From: a virus
Length of the DNA: 64,000 bases
Virus record (IMG/VR): IMGVR_UViG_3300020190_000007
Span: 106,861 to 170,860 of that record
Reading direction: 5' to 3' (one strand)
Made by a program: the position numbers and the translations under genes. The notes beneath the pieces are model-generated. The model had not been told where the DNA came from and did no database searches. It saw nothing but the letters and a program-made list of their open reading frames with translations. Positions 10,662-20,272 of this stretch are shown piece after piece (position 1 is the stretch's first letter; each line of letters starts with the position of its first letter).

Positions 10662-10862
10662 ATGATAATCGTAAACGTCAACAAAGAAAAAAACCTTGAA
10701 TCAGCATTAAAAAAATACAAATACAAGGTTCAAAAAACTAAACAAATCGAAAAACTTAGAAAAAAACAAGAATATGTTAAACCATCGGTTGAAAAAAGAG
10801 ATAAAAAATTAAAGGCGATTTATAAGCAGCAATTGTTTACCGATAAAGAAAAATCAAATTAA
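10662..10862 (+). CDS. rpsU: phage-encoded 30S ribosomal protein bS21
   Basis: 66 aa basic protein with NLESALKKYK, LR...YVKPSV.KR and KAIY motifs of Bacteroidota-type S21. Confidence 0.9.
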   Translation: MIIVNVNKEKNLESALKKYKYKVQKTKQIEKLRKKQEYVKPSVEKRDKKLKAIYKQQLFTDKEKSN

Positions 10863-11594
10863 ACCATTTTTTAATTCAATTAGTTTATAGTAATTGAATT
10901 TTGAAATTTCCGATTTTTCAACTTCTAATTTTACATTAGTAAGTTTACTAACTACAGAATCTTCGGTAGATTCTTTTAATAGTGAATCTAATTTGTTATT
11001 AAGTTCTTTTTTTACAGAGTTCATTTCATTAATCAATTCCTCATCAGTCATTGATACAATCTTATTGAAAGTTTCTTTTTGTTCCTCATTCAAAAAATCA
11101 CTATACTTAATATTAAAATTATTTACCAACACCGCATTCAATAAAGAATGATTTTCTATTTGAACTGAAGGTTTTTCAAAAATTTCTTTTTTCTTTTCTT
11201 GAATCAAATGAAATATTAAGTTTTCTCTAGCGTCAATCTTAGATGCGATATTGTGCATATTGGTTTCCTCCGAAAGAATATCCAAATCGTTATAAAGTAA
11301 ATTTGATTCCGCTACAACGCCTTTGATTGATTTATCAAACTCTTTTATTTCTTTTTTCAAAGATTTAGTTTTTTCTACTAAAATAGGTTCAATAGATTCC
11401 ACATATAATTTGGCTTTATCTTTTGATGAAATGTTCAAGTTTTCAATATTTTCATAAAACATATACATTTCAGATAAAGATTTATTTGATTTTAGTTTAT
11501 TTACTAAATCTTTAATTTCACCTTTATTATTAGAGGCGTAAGATTCGGTAAGTTTTGTTAATAGTTTTATTTTTAATTTACCAAAGTTTGTCAT
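10854..11594 (-). CDS. hypothetical head-assembly-region protein
   Basis: 246 aa helical ORF immediately downstream of the portal gene. Confidence 0.65.
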   Translation of the reverse strand: MTNFGKLKIKLLTKLTESYASNNKGEIKDLVNKLKSNKSLSEMYMFYENIENLNISSKDKAKLYVESIEPILVEKTKSLKKEIKEFDKSIKGVVAESNLLYNDLDILSEETNMHNIASKIDARENLIFHLIQEKKKEIFEKPSVQIENHSLLNAVLVNNFNIKYSDFLNEEQKETFNKIVSMTDEELINEMNSVKKELNNKLDSLLKESTEDSVVSKLTNVKLEVEKSEISKFNYYKLIELKNGLI

Positions 11595-11599
11595 TTTTG

Positions 11600-13414
11600 T
11601 TATTCGTTTAAGAAGTTTTTAAGTTTATTTTCTATTTCATAAATATTATCTTGAGCTTTATTCATATCAAACAAATCTTCTAATTTGTCATTTTCGTTCA
11701 ACATACTCAATATATTGTGTTTTTTTGTTTCGTTCTCACTCAAAGGAGCGTCTCCACCCCCCGCTGGTGGCGGTGGTGGTGGGGTACCTCCGCCCGTACC
11801 CATATTCATACCGCCAGCATCGCCGCCAGCCGCATCTCCACCTTCTTGTCTTTCCTCTTCGGGAACCCCATATTTTGAATCAACATCATCAAATACACCA
11901 CTTCGTTTGATAACGTTTTGTGTGTTAGTTAATTCGAAACCAATTGCTCTTTCAATTCTTTGTTGTTGTAAATCAAGAATCACTTCACTGTCACTCATAC
12001 CAAGAATATTTTTCTTAGCCCAAGTATGTGAAACAGGTAGGATTCCAATTTGAGATTGGTCAGATGTTGCATCTTTATACAATACAATTTTTTCTTTCCA
12101 TTGTTCAATTCTCAACAAATCAGATTGTGCTGACGGGTTTGTTAATGATAATGTGAAATTATCTAATTCATCTTCCAAACCCAATAAGTAAAGATGAATT
12201 AATGCTATTTTATTTAATTCTTGAATTACCGATTTTTGAATTCTGTTGATTGTTCTTGCAAAACGAATATCCATCAACGCGAGAGTTTTACCGTCACCAA
12301 CAACTTCTTCAAAACCTAAGAAAGCTTTTGGAATACGAAGTGCCGCCAACATTTTCTTTTGGATATATTCAATGTCGGCAATTTCACCTAAGTTTTGTGC
12401 CCCTGCTAATGTTTCAATAGGATTTGTTTGAGCTGGGTCACGAACAGGGATGAAATAATCTTGGTCAACCGCCATTTGATTATATCTCATATCAACTTGA
12501 CCGTTTCTTGAATCAACCACTTGGTCTCTTTTAAATTTATTAGCCACACGTTGTACATAAGCCTCGATGTCTTTGTCATCCATGTTACCAACAAATATTT
12601 TAAAAACCCTTCTTTCAGGTGCTCTTGTTGTTCTATAAATCAACATAGCATCCTCTGCTAAAAGTAATTGTTTCCAAATTCTTCTAATTTTATCCAACAT
12701 AGAGGTACCATAAGGAAGTTTTCTATCATCACCCAATAATCTAAAATGGGCTATTTCCCAAGCTTGAAATTCTAAATCTTTATTTTTCCATTGAAATCTT
12801 AACTCTCTTGTTGGAAGTTGCATTGAGTTTTGTTGATTTGGTGTTTTGCTTTCTTTACCTTCATGTCTTTCAATTTCAATATTAGGTAATTGTTGACACC
12901 CAATAATACCTCTTTCAGGGTCTATTTTAAGGTAAACAAAGTTATCGCCGTACTTACAAGTACCCCTTGTCCACATTTGTAAGTTAGTGTTCAAATCTAA
13001 CCTATTCATAAACAAATCATCAAGAATAATTTTGACTCTTGATGATTCTGAAAAAATAGTTAATATTTCACCTTTTTCAGATAATGTTGTTGATTCTTCG
13101 GCGTATATATCTAAAGCGGCAGAAATTTCAGGAGTAAATTCCATCGATTCATAATCGTAATATGCTGACAACCTATTTGGTTCGTAATATACCGATTGAT
13201 TATAAAGAGATTGGTCAAGTTTTGTCCACTTGTCTGCAATGTATTGACTCTGCTGAGCTTGTAGCATCGATTTTTCATACTCCTCCCTACTATTTGTTTT
13301 TAGTATTTGTTCTTTATCAAAATTGAAAGACGGAGCCTCCTCAGGAGTTACCCTACCAGGGAACCCAAACATTTTTGTTAATCTCTGAAATACCGTTAAA
13401 TTACTTTCCGCCAT
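11600..13414 (-). CDS. portal protein (T4 gp20-like)
   Basis: EDAMLIYRTTRAPERRVFKIFVGNM, DYFIPVR, IETLAGAQNLGEIADIEY motifs. Confidence 0.95.
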   Translation of the reverse strand: MAESNLTVFQRLTKMFGFPGRVTPEEAPSFNFDKEQILKTNSREEYEKSMLQAQQSQYIADKWTKLDQSLYNQSVYYEPNRLSAYYDYESMEFTPEISAALDIYAEESTTLSEKGEILTIFSESSRVKIILDDLFMNRLDLNTNLQMWTRGTCKYGDNFVYLKIDPERGIIGCQQLPNIEIERHEGKESKTPNQQNSMQLPTRELRFQWKNKDLEFQAWEIAHFRLLGDDRKLPYGTSMLDKIRRIWKQLLLAEDAMLIYRTTRAPERRVFKIFVGNMDDKDIEAYVQRVANKFKRDQVVDSRNGQVDMRYNQMAVDQDYFIPVRDPAQTNPIETLAGAQNLGEIADIEYIQKKMLAALRIPKAFLGFEEVVGDGKTLALMDIRFARTINRIQKSVIQELNKIALIHLYLLGLEDELDNFTLSLTNPSAQSDLLRIEQWKEKIVLYKDATSDQSQIGILPVSHTWAKKNILGMSDSEVILDLQQQRIERAIGFELTNTQNVIKRSGVFDDVDSKYGVPEEERQEGGDAAGGDAGGMNMGTGGGTPPPPPPAGGGDAPLSENETKKHNILSMLNENDKLEDLFDMNKAQDNIYEIENKLKNFLNE

Positions 13415-13466
13415 GTATATAAATAGTTTAAGAGAATATAATTAATTTTATTATTATAATAAAGGA

Positions 13467-15242
13467 TTATCTTTTTTTATTAAACAACCAAGAGTACCGA
13501 GAGTATTGTTCTTTTGTTGCGTTGTTATTATGTCTTGGAATATTGGGGTCATTATCCACTGACATTGAACCTATTTGGTCAAACGCTGTTCCGTATGAAT
13601 AAAATGATTTATTTGGTTCATATGTTCTTTCGGACAATGTCCAAGATTCTAACATCGCTTTATTAGCATTCTCGTTTTTAGTTAGTTGTGCAAATGAAAT
13701 ATCACCAACATATAATGCCATTGACATACTCATAATCGCATCATCGTGAGCCCCTTTCATGTGGTCAGGTCTACCATTTATATAAACAAATGTGTTTAAT
13801 TCATTCATTAATCTCGCAGACCTAACTTGAAACCCTTTTCTTAATTGTTCTTCAAAAGCAGCAACAATTTGTGTCCTTTTATTGTTAAAGTTAATACCTG
13901 GAATTTTTTCCAACGCTTTAGAGTTGTACTCCCAAATATTTTTGGTATTAATTCCATCTATATAAAGATTTTTATAATTTAACTCTTGTAGTTTTCTTGA
14001 TGTTGCAACACCCATACCACCGGTAATATCAACCACAATAAAAGCTTCATAAAGTATCCCCCATTTATATGCGACCGAAGCCAAATCATCAGGTGGTATT
14101 TTACCAACATATTCCGCCACTTGTTCTCTTTCATCAAAATCTATGATACTAATTGCAGAAAAGTCCTCACTATCACCTCTTGAAACGTCTACACCCATAA
14201 TATATTTATGACCCTGTACGGGTTCTTTCCATTGCCAAAAAGTACCATGCATATACTTTTCTTTTGGGTCCCTCAGCATGTTTTTAACAATATTATCTTG
14301 TACTTCAGTTGGAATTACACCGTCCCCTGAACCAAGAAAATCACATTCTAATTCTTGGGATATTTTTCTTCTATCAAACTTGAATTTTTTACACATTGAT
14401 TCAAACCAAGAAGATAAAGGTTTAAAACCTTCTTCTTCGTATTGTTTGTAATTTTCAATATCAAAATCAGTCATTACAATATCATCATCGTTATATTGTT
14501 CTCTATTCAACATGTAATGAACAATATCATTACATTTAACCCATCTCAAATCTTTTGTGTAACGAGGGTCTTTGAACCATCTAAGGTCGGTAATGTGAAA
14601 ATCATTTACAGCTCTAATTGCTTGGTCATAAACACCATAATAAATCGGGTCAAAACCGTTTGGGGTAGAAATAAGAATAATCTTACCACCCGTAGATAAT
14701 GACGCCATAGACGCTGCCCAAAAGTCTTCACCCGCCTCAATATACGCAGCTTCGTCAAATATAAGAATTGTAGGTGTATAACCACGTAAAGCATCCGCAG
14801 AAGTTGCAACTGCTTTCACTTCGCAACCATTGTTTAACCTAAATCTACTTTCTGAGTTTTTATCGGGTGAAAATCCTACATTAATCCAATCAGGCCACTG
14901 GTCTAAAAAATGTCTAATCTTGTTAGCCATTTCAACCGCGGTGTCTTTTTTGTTTGCGATAATAAGAACTCTTTCAGGGTTCTCGGGTTTTGCTAATTGT
15001 AATTTTTTAGAAATCCAAGCGGCAGTAACCGTGGTCACACCCGCTTGTCTATACTTTCTTGTGATATTTTCATTGTAATCCTCGTAATCTTTTAATAATT
15101 GAATTTGGTCAGGAAAAAGTTTTAATGGAACAAATCTTTTTTGAGTATTATCGTAAGTCTGTAGGTATGTTCTCAAAGCATATGGTGTATCTTTTAAAAT
15201 ACGGGCATACTCTTTTAATTGTTCTATTTTTTGATTACTCAT
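13467..15242 (-). CDS. terminase large subunit (gp17-like)
   Basis: KYRQAGVTT Walker A, LIFDEAA Walker B, ISTPNG, GVDVSRG and HDDAIM nuclease motifs. Confidence 0.95.
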   Translation of the reverse strand: MSNQKIEQLKEYARILKDTPYALRTYLQTYDNTQKRFVPLKLFPDQIQLLKDYEDYNENITRKYRQAGVTTVTAAWISKKLQLAKPENPERVLIIANKKDTAVEMANKIRHFLDQWPDWINVGFSPDKNSESRFRLNNGCEVKAVATSADALRGYTPTILIFDEAAYIEAGEDFWAASMASLSTGGKIILISTPNGFDPIYYGVYDQAIRAVNDFHITDLRWFKDPRYTKDLRWVKCNDIVHYMLNREQYNDDDIVMTDFDIENYKQYEEEGFKPLSSWFESMCKKFKFDRRKISQELECDFLGSGDGVIPTEVQDNIVKNMLRDPKEKYMHGTFWQWKEPVQGHKYIMGVDVSRGDSEDFSAISIIDFDEREQVAEYVGKIPPDDLASVAYKWGILYEAFIVVDITGGMGVATSRKLQELNYKNLYIDGINTKNIWEYNSKALEKIPGINFNNKRTQIVAAFEEQLRKGFQVRSARLMNELNTFVYINGRPDHMKGAHDDAIMSMSMALYVGDISFAQLTKNENANKAMLESWTLSERTYEPNKSFYSYGTAFDQIGSMSVDNDPNIPRHNNNATKEQYSRYSWLFNKKR

Positions 15243-15255
15243 ATATATAAATATG

Positions 15256-15281
15256 AAAAAGGGTGGTTAAAAACCACCCTT
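15256..15281 (-). terminator. intrinsic terminator
   Basis: AGGGTGGTT/AACCACCCT hairpin with a U-run on the minus strand after the 15289 stop. Confidence 0.75.
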
Positions 15282-15288
15282 CGAACTT

Positions 15289-16731
15289 TTATACTATGGG
15301 ACCTTGTGGGTCATCATCGTCATCTGTTAATCGTATACCAAGACCACCCAAGAAGTTTCCCAAATCATCATCATCTGTTTTATCTGTGATTCGTTCCAAT
15401 TCTTGGTTAAATCTATTAATTGCGTCATTGTAATTTTTATCTCTTAACATTTGACCGATACCTTGAAGTAGTACCCCCATCAATCTTTTACCTTCACCAG
15501 AACCTGAAACAACTTCTTTTGTGAATACTAAAAATTCTTTCGCCGGTAATCTAAAGATACTGGTAACTAGGTAATTTTGAAGATAATATGATTCTTCTTC
15601 ATTAAAAATTTCATCAGGGAATTGTTGTCTGATTCTATCATAAATTGCTGGTCCTAATCTTAAATCCCATACCTCTTTTTCTAACGTATCTTCTGATTGT
15701 TCAATTTCAGCGAATCTTGGGTCTTCTTTACCTTCATCATCTTTTGGTCTTCCTTGTATACCAAATAACTCATATGTACCTTTAATTAATTCGTGCACTA
15801 AAATTGGGAAATTTACCGCTTCTACATAAACTGTTGGTGGTGTTGTACTACGTTTTACTTGTTCTTTTCCACCCATACCAGCACCTCCCATCATACCTTT
15901 CATTTGGTTATCACTTAATTGCCAGTATAATGTATCATTTATTGACATTAAAATACCGTAGTTAGCAACCAAATTGTTAGAACCTGTAATTTCAGCAAGT
16001 TTGTCCGCAACATACGAATACATGTAGTGACCCTTTTTAGAGACACCTTGTATCATTGCGTTAATCATTCTTCTTTTAGCTCTTTCAAAATCCATTTTTT
16101 CCAAATCAGTGGCTAAGTCTTTTTCAACATCAACAGGGTCAATATTTTGTTGTTGTTGCATTTCTCGATTGAAACCCTCAGGATTTACTTGACCTTGACC
16201 GACAAGTTTTGCATCATATTGTATTTTGTACTTTTTACTACCATCTGGTAATCTATAAAAAACTTTATAAATTCCATTATCGAATTCAATTCCACCATTA
16301 TCACCCTCACTTAAAGTTGATTTTTCCTTTCTACTTAAAACAGGAATTTCATCAACAGCCAACCTAATACCTAACGCAATCAATTCCGGTCTATGATTTT
16401 CTTCTGCTTGTACAATTTCATTATGTGCAGTCATCATCATTTGTACCAACGGCATTATCCCACTCTCATCATCTGTTAATCTAACGTTTGAACCAGTAAG
16501 TTCCCTCAATCTTGCAACAACTTGTCTGTATCTTTCAGATGCTAATAATTCTTGGAAATTTTTATTTGGTTCATCACCCGTTTTGGGTAGAGGGACTTTT
16601 TTAAGTGGAGTATCACCCGTAGAAAGAGTTCTCTGTATGTCTATGTTCGGTCTATCTTCCGAATCAAAATCCATTGGCATTTCGTTTATATCTTCCAGTA
16701 AAGATACTAAATCTTTTTTCTTGAATTTCAT
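15289..16731 (-). CDS. hypothetical (probable virion) protein
   Basis: 480 aa ORF in the structural operon; N-terminal LLE/INE motifs. Confidence 0.65.
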   Translation of the reverse strand: MKFKKKDLVSLLEDINEMPMDFDSEDRPNIDIQRTLSTGDTPLKKVPLPKTGDEPNKNFQELLASERYRQVVARLRELTGSNVRLTDDESGIMPLVQMMMTAHNEIVQAEENHRPELIALGIRLAVDEIPVLSRKEKSTLSEGDNGGIEFDNGIYKVFYRLPDGSKKYKIQYDAKLVGQGQVNPEGFNREMQQQQNIDPVDVEKDLATDLEKMDFERAKRRMINAMIQGVSKKGHYMYSYVADKLAEITGSNNLVANYGILMSINDTLYWQLSDNQMKGMMGGAGMGGKEQVKRSTTPPTVYVEAVNFPILVHELIKGTYELFGIQGRPKDDEGKEDPRFAEIEQSEDTLEKEVWDLRLGPAIYDRIRQQFPDEIFNEEESYYLQNYLVTSIFRLPAKEFLVFTKEVVSGSGEGKRLMGVLLQGIGQMLRDKNYNDAINRFNQELERITDKTDDDDLGNFLGGLGIRLTDDDDDPQGPIV

Positions 16732-17534
16732 TTTTTAATTTTTTTCTTTTCGGCTAACGCCTTTGGTTTAGTATCAGGACCTGGTTGTGGTTCAAACGGG
16801 TCAAACGGTTCGTCTTCTTGTGGTCTTGTTGGTGTTTTTGGTTTGGTTGGTGTTTCTGTTGGTGTTTCAACAGGTGCTGGTTGGGCTGCAGCCATGATTG
16901 CATCATAAGTCATAAACTCAGGTACACCATTGTGACCTTTTTTCGCTCTTGTTGCCGGCATTGGTTGAAACGTCGCTTCCATTTTTTCACTAATAATATT
17001 CATGATGTCATTTTTAGATGTAAAATTACTGTATTTTGATTCAGTCAAATCTAACACCCATTCTTCAACTTCTGAAACACTTTCGTTCATTTTTTTCTTC
17101 CAACCTTGTTTTGCTCTAATAGCAAATTTTATTTCGGCTTCTTGGTCTATAATTTTTTTAGGTACTTTTTTACCTTCGTCTTGATATTTCTTACTTTTTT
17201 CTTTTAAAGAATTAAGTTCTTTTTTTAGTTCTACAACTGACTTACCAGCGTGTTCACCGGTTTTTTTAACCTTGGTATCACCCTCCCATTTTTCATTTAC
17301 ACCCCCATGTTTTTTGTCCTTACATTTAGGACATACTTTAGATTCGTAAGTTTCAATGGTTTTACCATCGGCTTTAGCTGCTTCGATATCTTTTAAATTA
17401 TTCGCTTTAATCATAACAGCTTCTTTAAGAACTGTTTTAGATAAAGTTATAAGTTCGTTATCACTTAAACGAGAAAGAGTTCTCTCTGAAAACCCTTCCA
17501 TTATTAATTCTTCAATGACTAATCTTCTATTCAT
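16728..17534 (-). CDS. hypothetical protein with Pro/Thr-rich C-terminus
   Basis: ORF track; 4-nt overlaps with both neighbours. Confidence 0.65.
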   Translation of the reverse strand: MNRRLVIEELIMEGFSERTLSRLSDNELITLSKTVLKEAVMIKANNLKDIEAAKADGKTIETYESKVCPKCKDKKHGGVNEKWEGDTKVKKTGEHAGKSVVELKKELNSLKEKSKKYQDEGKKVPKKIIDQEAEIKFAIRAKQGWKKKMNESVSEVEEWVLDLTESKYSNFTSKNDIMNIISEKMEATFQPMPATRAKKGHNGVPEFMTYDAIMAAAQPAPVETPTETPTKPKTPTRPQEDEPFDPFEPQPGPDTKPKALAEKKKIKK

Positions 17535-17932
17535 GATTCTTTGAATTTTATTGATTTTTTTTCAAGGGAGATATTCCTTTCTTTTAATTTTTTTGAAACA
17601 TTTTCATATGACTCACCAAAACGGAAAAATAACCTATCTTCTTCTAAATCAAAATTAGATTTTTCCCACGCCATAGCAATTATACCATCTACAGCATCAA
17701 TAACACCGAAATAGTCTGAATTTTGTATTAATTCAAAAACTATTTCGGTGTCTTTCAGTAGACCAACTTGGTCTATATATTCAATGTTTGGTGATTTTGG
17801 TGTGGATGTTGATGATGCGGGTATGTCAAACCATTCGTCCATGTCTATCTCAGTTGATTCACTAAAAATGAATTCATACTGTTTTTGACCCTTATAATCG
17901 GTTCCAATTTCGTTGACATATATAAGTCGCAT
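17531..17932 (-). CDS. hypothetical protein
   Basis: ORF track; operon packing. Confidence 0.65.
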   Translation of the reverse strand: MRLIYVNEIGTDYKGQKQYEFIFSESTEIDMDEWFDIPASSTSTPKSPNIEYIDQVGLLKDTEIVFELIQNSDYFGVIDAVDGIIAMAWEKSNFDLEEDRLFFRFGESYENVSKKLKERNISLEKKSIKFKES

Positions 17933-17933
17933 T

Positions 17934-18995
17934 TTACTTAAAGTATTTACCTAAAGTATTAGATATTGTTTTGTTAATTTCTTTTTTGATTTCGTCCAAA
18001 TCGATTTCCTTAACATCATCACCACCTAAATCAGCGTATTTTGATAAATCAATTTCTTCTTCCGTTGACATTGGTGTGTTTATAAAACTTTCCAATTTGT
18101 CCATTGCGTGCATTTCACCTAAATCAGCGTCAGCAGTTGGTTCAGCTGGTGTAGTATCGTCATCAGCAGGAACGTCAGACATATCATCAGATGGTTCGTC
18201 AGATAACTCTACATCATCCTCAATATCCCTATCGAATTTTTTACCAATCTCTTCGATATCATCATCCTCCAACTTATCTAAATCTACTGCCGAAATAACC
18301 ATGTTAAGGACATATTTGATATCGTCACTTTCCATTTTATCTTTTTGGTCTCTTAGTTCTTGTCCTAATTTTCCTGCAAATTTTTGGATTTCAGTCATAT
18401 AGTCAGATGGTTTACCTGATTCATCAGATGGTAAATCATCACCCATTTCGTCCCCTTCAGGTGCCATTGGAGTATTACTTTCGGGAGCCATTGGGACATC
18501 ACTTTCGGGAGCCATTGGGACATCACCACCCATTTCAGGTGATGGTGGTACGTCACCCTCAGGAGCTACGGGAGCTGGCGGAACCTCACCCATTTCTGGT
18601 GATGAAACAGGAGCTTCGTTAGCGGGTTCTGAAGTTGGTTTTTGTTTTAAAACGTACTTAGTTGCTTCATTTAATTCACGTCCAGATAATAACTCTAATC
18701 TTTTTAGTGCTTCCGCATATGAATTAAATTTATTTTTATTTTTCATGAATAGACCACCGATGTAGTCTAATGAATTTTCGTTTAAACCTTTTTTAACGTA
18801 GTATCCATCTTTTTCTCTTACAATACCAAATCTGAAACCACTTACGGATTCAGAAAGATATTCAGTTTTAGATACTGGTGATTGGTTAGGGGTAGATGAT
18901 TTTTTATCATTACCGTAATAGGTCAACTCGAGGATACGTCTTAGTTTGTCGTCTCCGTTAAGTTTTTCGCTTCCTAATGGTTTTAAATCTGCCAT
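17934..18995 (-). CDS. acidic hypothetical (probable head-associated) protein with PMAPES repeats
   Basis: ORF track; 24-bp imperfect repeat near 18463-18527; TATTTATA motif at 19033-19040. Confidence 0.65.
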   Translation of the reverse strand: MADLKPLGSEKLNGDDKLRRILELTYYGNDKKSSTPNQSPVSKTEYLSESVSGFRFGIVREKDGYYVKKGLNENSLDYIGGLFMKNKNKFNSYAEALKRLELLSGRELNEATKYVLKQKPTSEPANEAPVSSPEMGEVPPAPVAPEGDVPPSPEMGGDVPMAPESDVPMAPESNTPMAPEGDEMGDDLPSDESGKPSDYMTEIQKFAGKLGQELRDQKDKMESDDIKYVLNMVISAVDLDKLEDDDIEEIGKKFDRDIEDDVELSDEPSDDMSDVPADDDTTPAEPTADADLGEMHAMDKLESFINTPMSTEEEIDLSKYADLGGDDVKEIDLDEIKKEINKTISNTLGKYFK

Positions 18996-19069
18996 TGCTT
19001 TAAATGTTGATAATTATATTATTCTTGTATCCTATAAATACATGCATATAGATAAAAAATTTACTGTTT

Positions 19070-19858
19070 CTATTGCGGTAAGGACAATTTTTTATTTCGT
19101 ATTGAACTTTTGATATTAAAAAGTTTTTCGATAAATCCATTTCTTCTTAATAATTTGAAGGTTAAATTTTCATAGGAATATTCACCTCCTTTTTCTAATC
19201 CTGATTGTCTGAATTTTTTTAGCTTGTCTTTTAGGGTTTTTATTTCTTTTGAAACATCTCGACCTTTATTGTTTAAATCTTCTAAACGTTCTACTTCTTT
19301 TGCGTATTCCTCGGATTTTTCTAAAATTTTCTTCTCATCGATTTCAAAAGCTGATTCAAATTTTTTAGGTTCAATAACCCAATCATTATTCAAAACCGAG
19401 TAAACACCTGTTGCAAAATACTTGTCATCCACGTCTTGAACATACATCTCCACTTCATATCCTTTAATTTTAATATCGGTGGTCTCGTTCCACAATCTTC
19501 GTTTTACATCAAAAAATTCTTGTACGATTTGGTGATAAACAACTAAATCTTTAGACTCTGATTCATCAAATTCGTCATAATCAATTAATATGTGGATATC
19601 AACGTCTGAATATTCAGACCAATTATAGTTTGCTAATGAACCAATAAAAATAATATCATAGATGAAAAAATTAACCCCAACAAAGTCGATAAATTCTTCT
19701 GTTATTTCTAACATTTTTTTTCGAACTTCTGAATTTAAAACAGATTTACCATTATTAATATCAAAGATATCGTTAGGCAATGAATCCTTTGGAACAAAAG
19801 ATTTTACAATCTCTTTGTTCTTTTCCATGTCTTCAATTATTTCGTCAATTACACTCAT
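19070..19858 (-). CDS. Pol-beta superfamily nucleotidyltransferase
   Basis: GSLANYNWSEYSDVDIH (hG[GS]x9-13DhDh) plus third acidic strand EVEMYVQD. Confidence 0.8.
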   Translation of the reverse strand: MSVIDEIIEDMEKNKEIVKSFVPKDSLPNDIFDINNGKSVLNSEVRKKMLEITEEFIDFVGVNFFIYDIIFIGSLANYNWSEYSDVDIHILIDYDEFDESESKDLVVYHQIVQEFFDVKRRLWNETTDIKIKGYEVEMYVQDVDDKYFATGVYSVLNNDWVIEPKKFESAFEIDEKKILEKSEEYAKEVERLEDLNNKGRDVSKEIKTLKDKLKKFRQSGLEKGGEYSYENLTFKLLRRNGFIEKLFNIKSSIRNKKLSLPQ

Positions 19859-20100
19859 TTGATTTTTTTATATTTATACGTTCTCGATATATTCGAATTA
19901 AAAAATTTACCTTGAGATTCTGATTTTTTAAAATTTTCAAAAATCTCTAGTGGCACATTTTCATATTCATAAATAGAACCATTATTAAATTCAATCGATA
20001 AATGGTTTTCAGATGAATTATAAATCGCTCGATTCAGATTTGATGATGAAACCACAACCTCTGTAATGTTACCTTCTGTTTTTTCTAAAATAATTGACAT
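19855..20100 (-). CDS. KTSC domain protein
   Basis: SSNL...YN....L.IEF.NG.IYEY.NVP...F......SQGKFFN.NI pattern. Confidence 0.88.
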   Translation of the reverse strand: MSIILEKTEGNITEVVVSSSNLNRAIYNSSENHLSIEFNNGSIYEYENVPLEIFENFKKSESQGKFFNSNISRTYKYKKIK

Positions 20101-20272
20101 AATTTTTTTTTTAGATATTAGTATACATAATAAATATCAAATAAAAAACCCCTTGTAGGGGTGTCATTTTTTATTTATGTTTGTGGAAACAGGTATTCCT
20201 AAAAACAACTTCTCGGAGTCAACATTTGTTTTTACGGGATTCTTTTTGTATACTTAAAGAAAATTATTTCGT

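Noticed and set aside
13467-15242. Intein or intron in terminase, portal or capsid genes
   Set aside because: Reading frames are continuous, sizes are normal and no splicing motifs are seen
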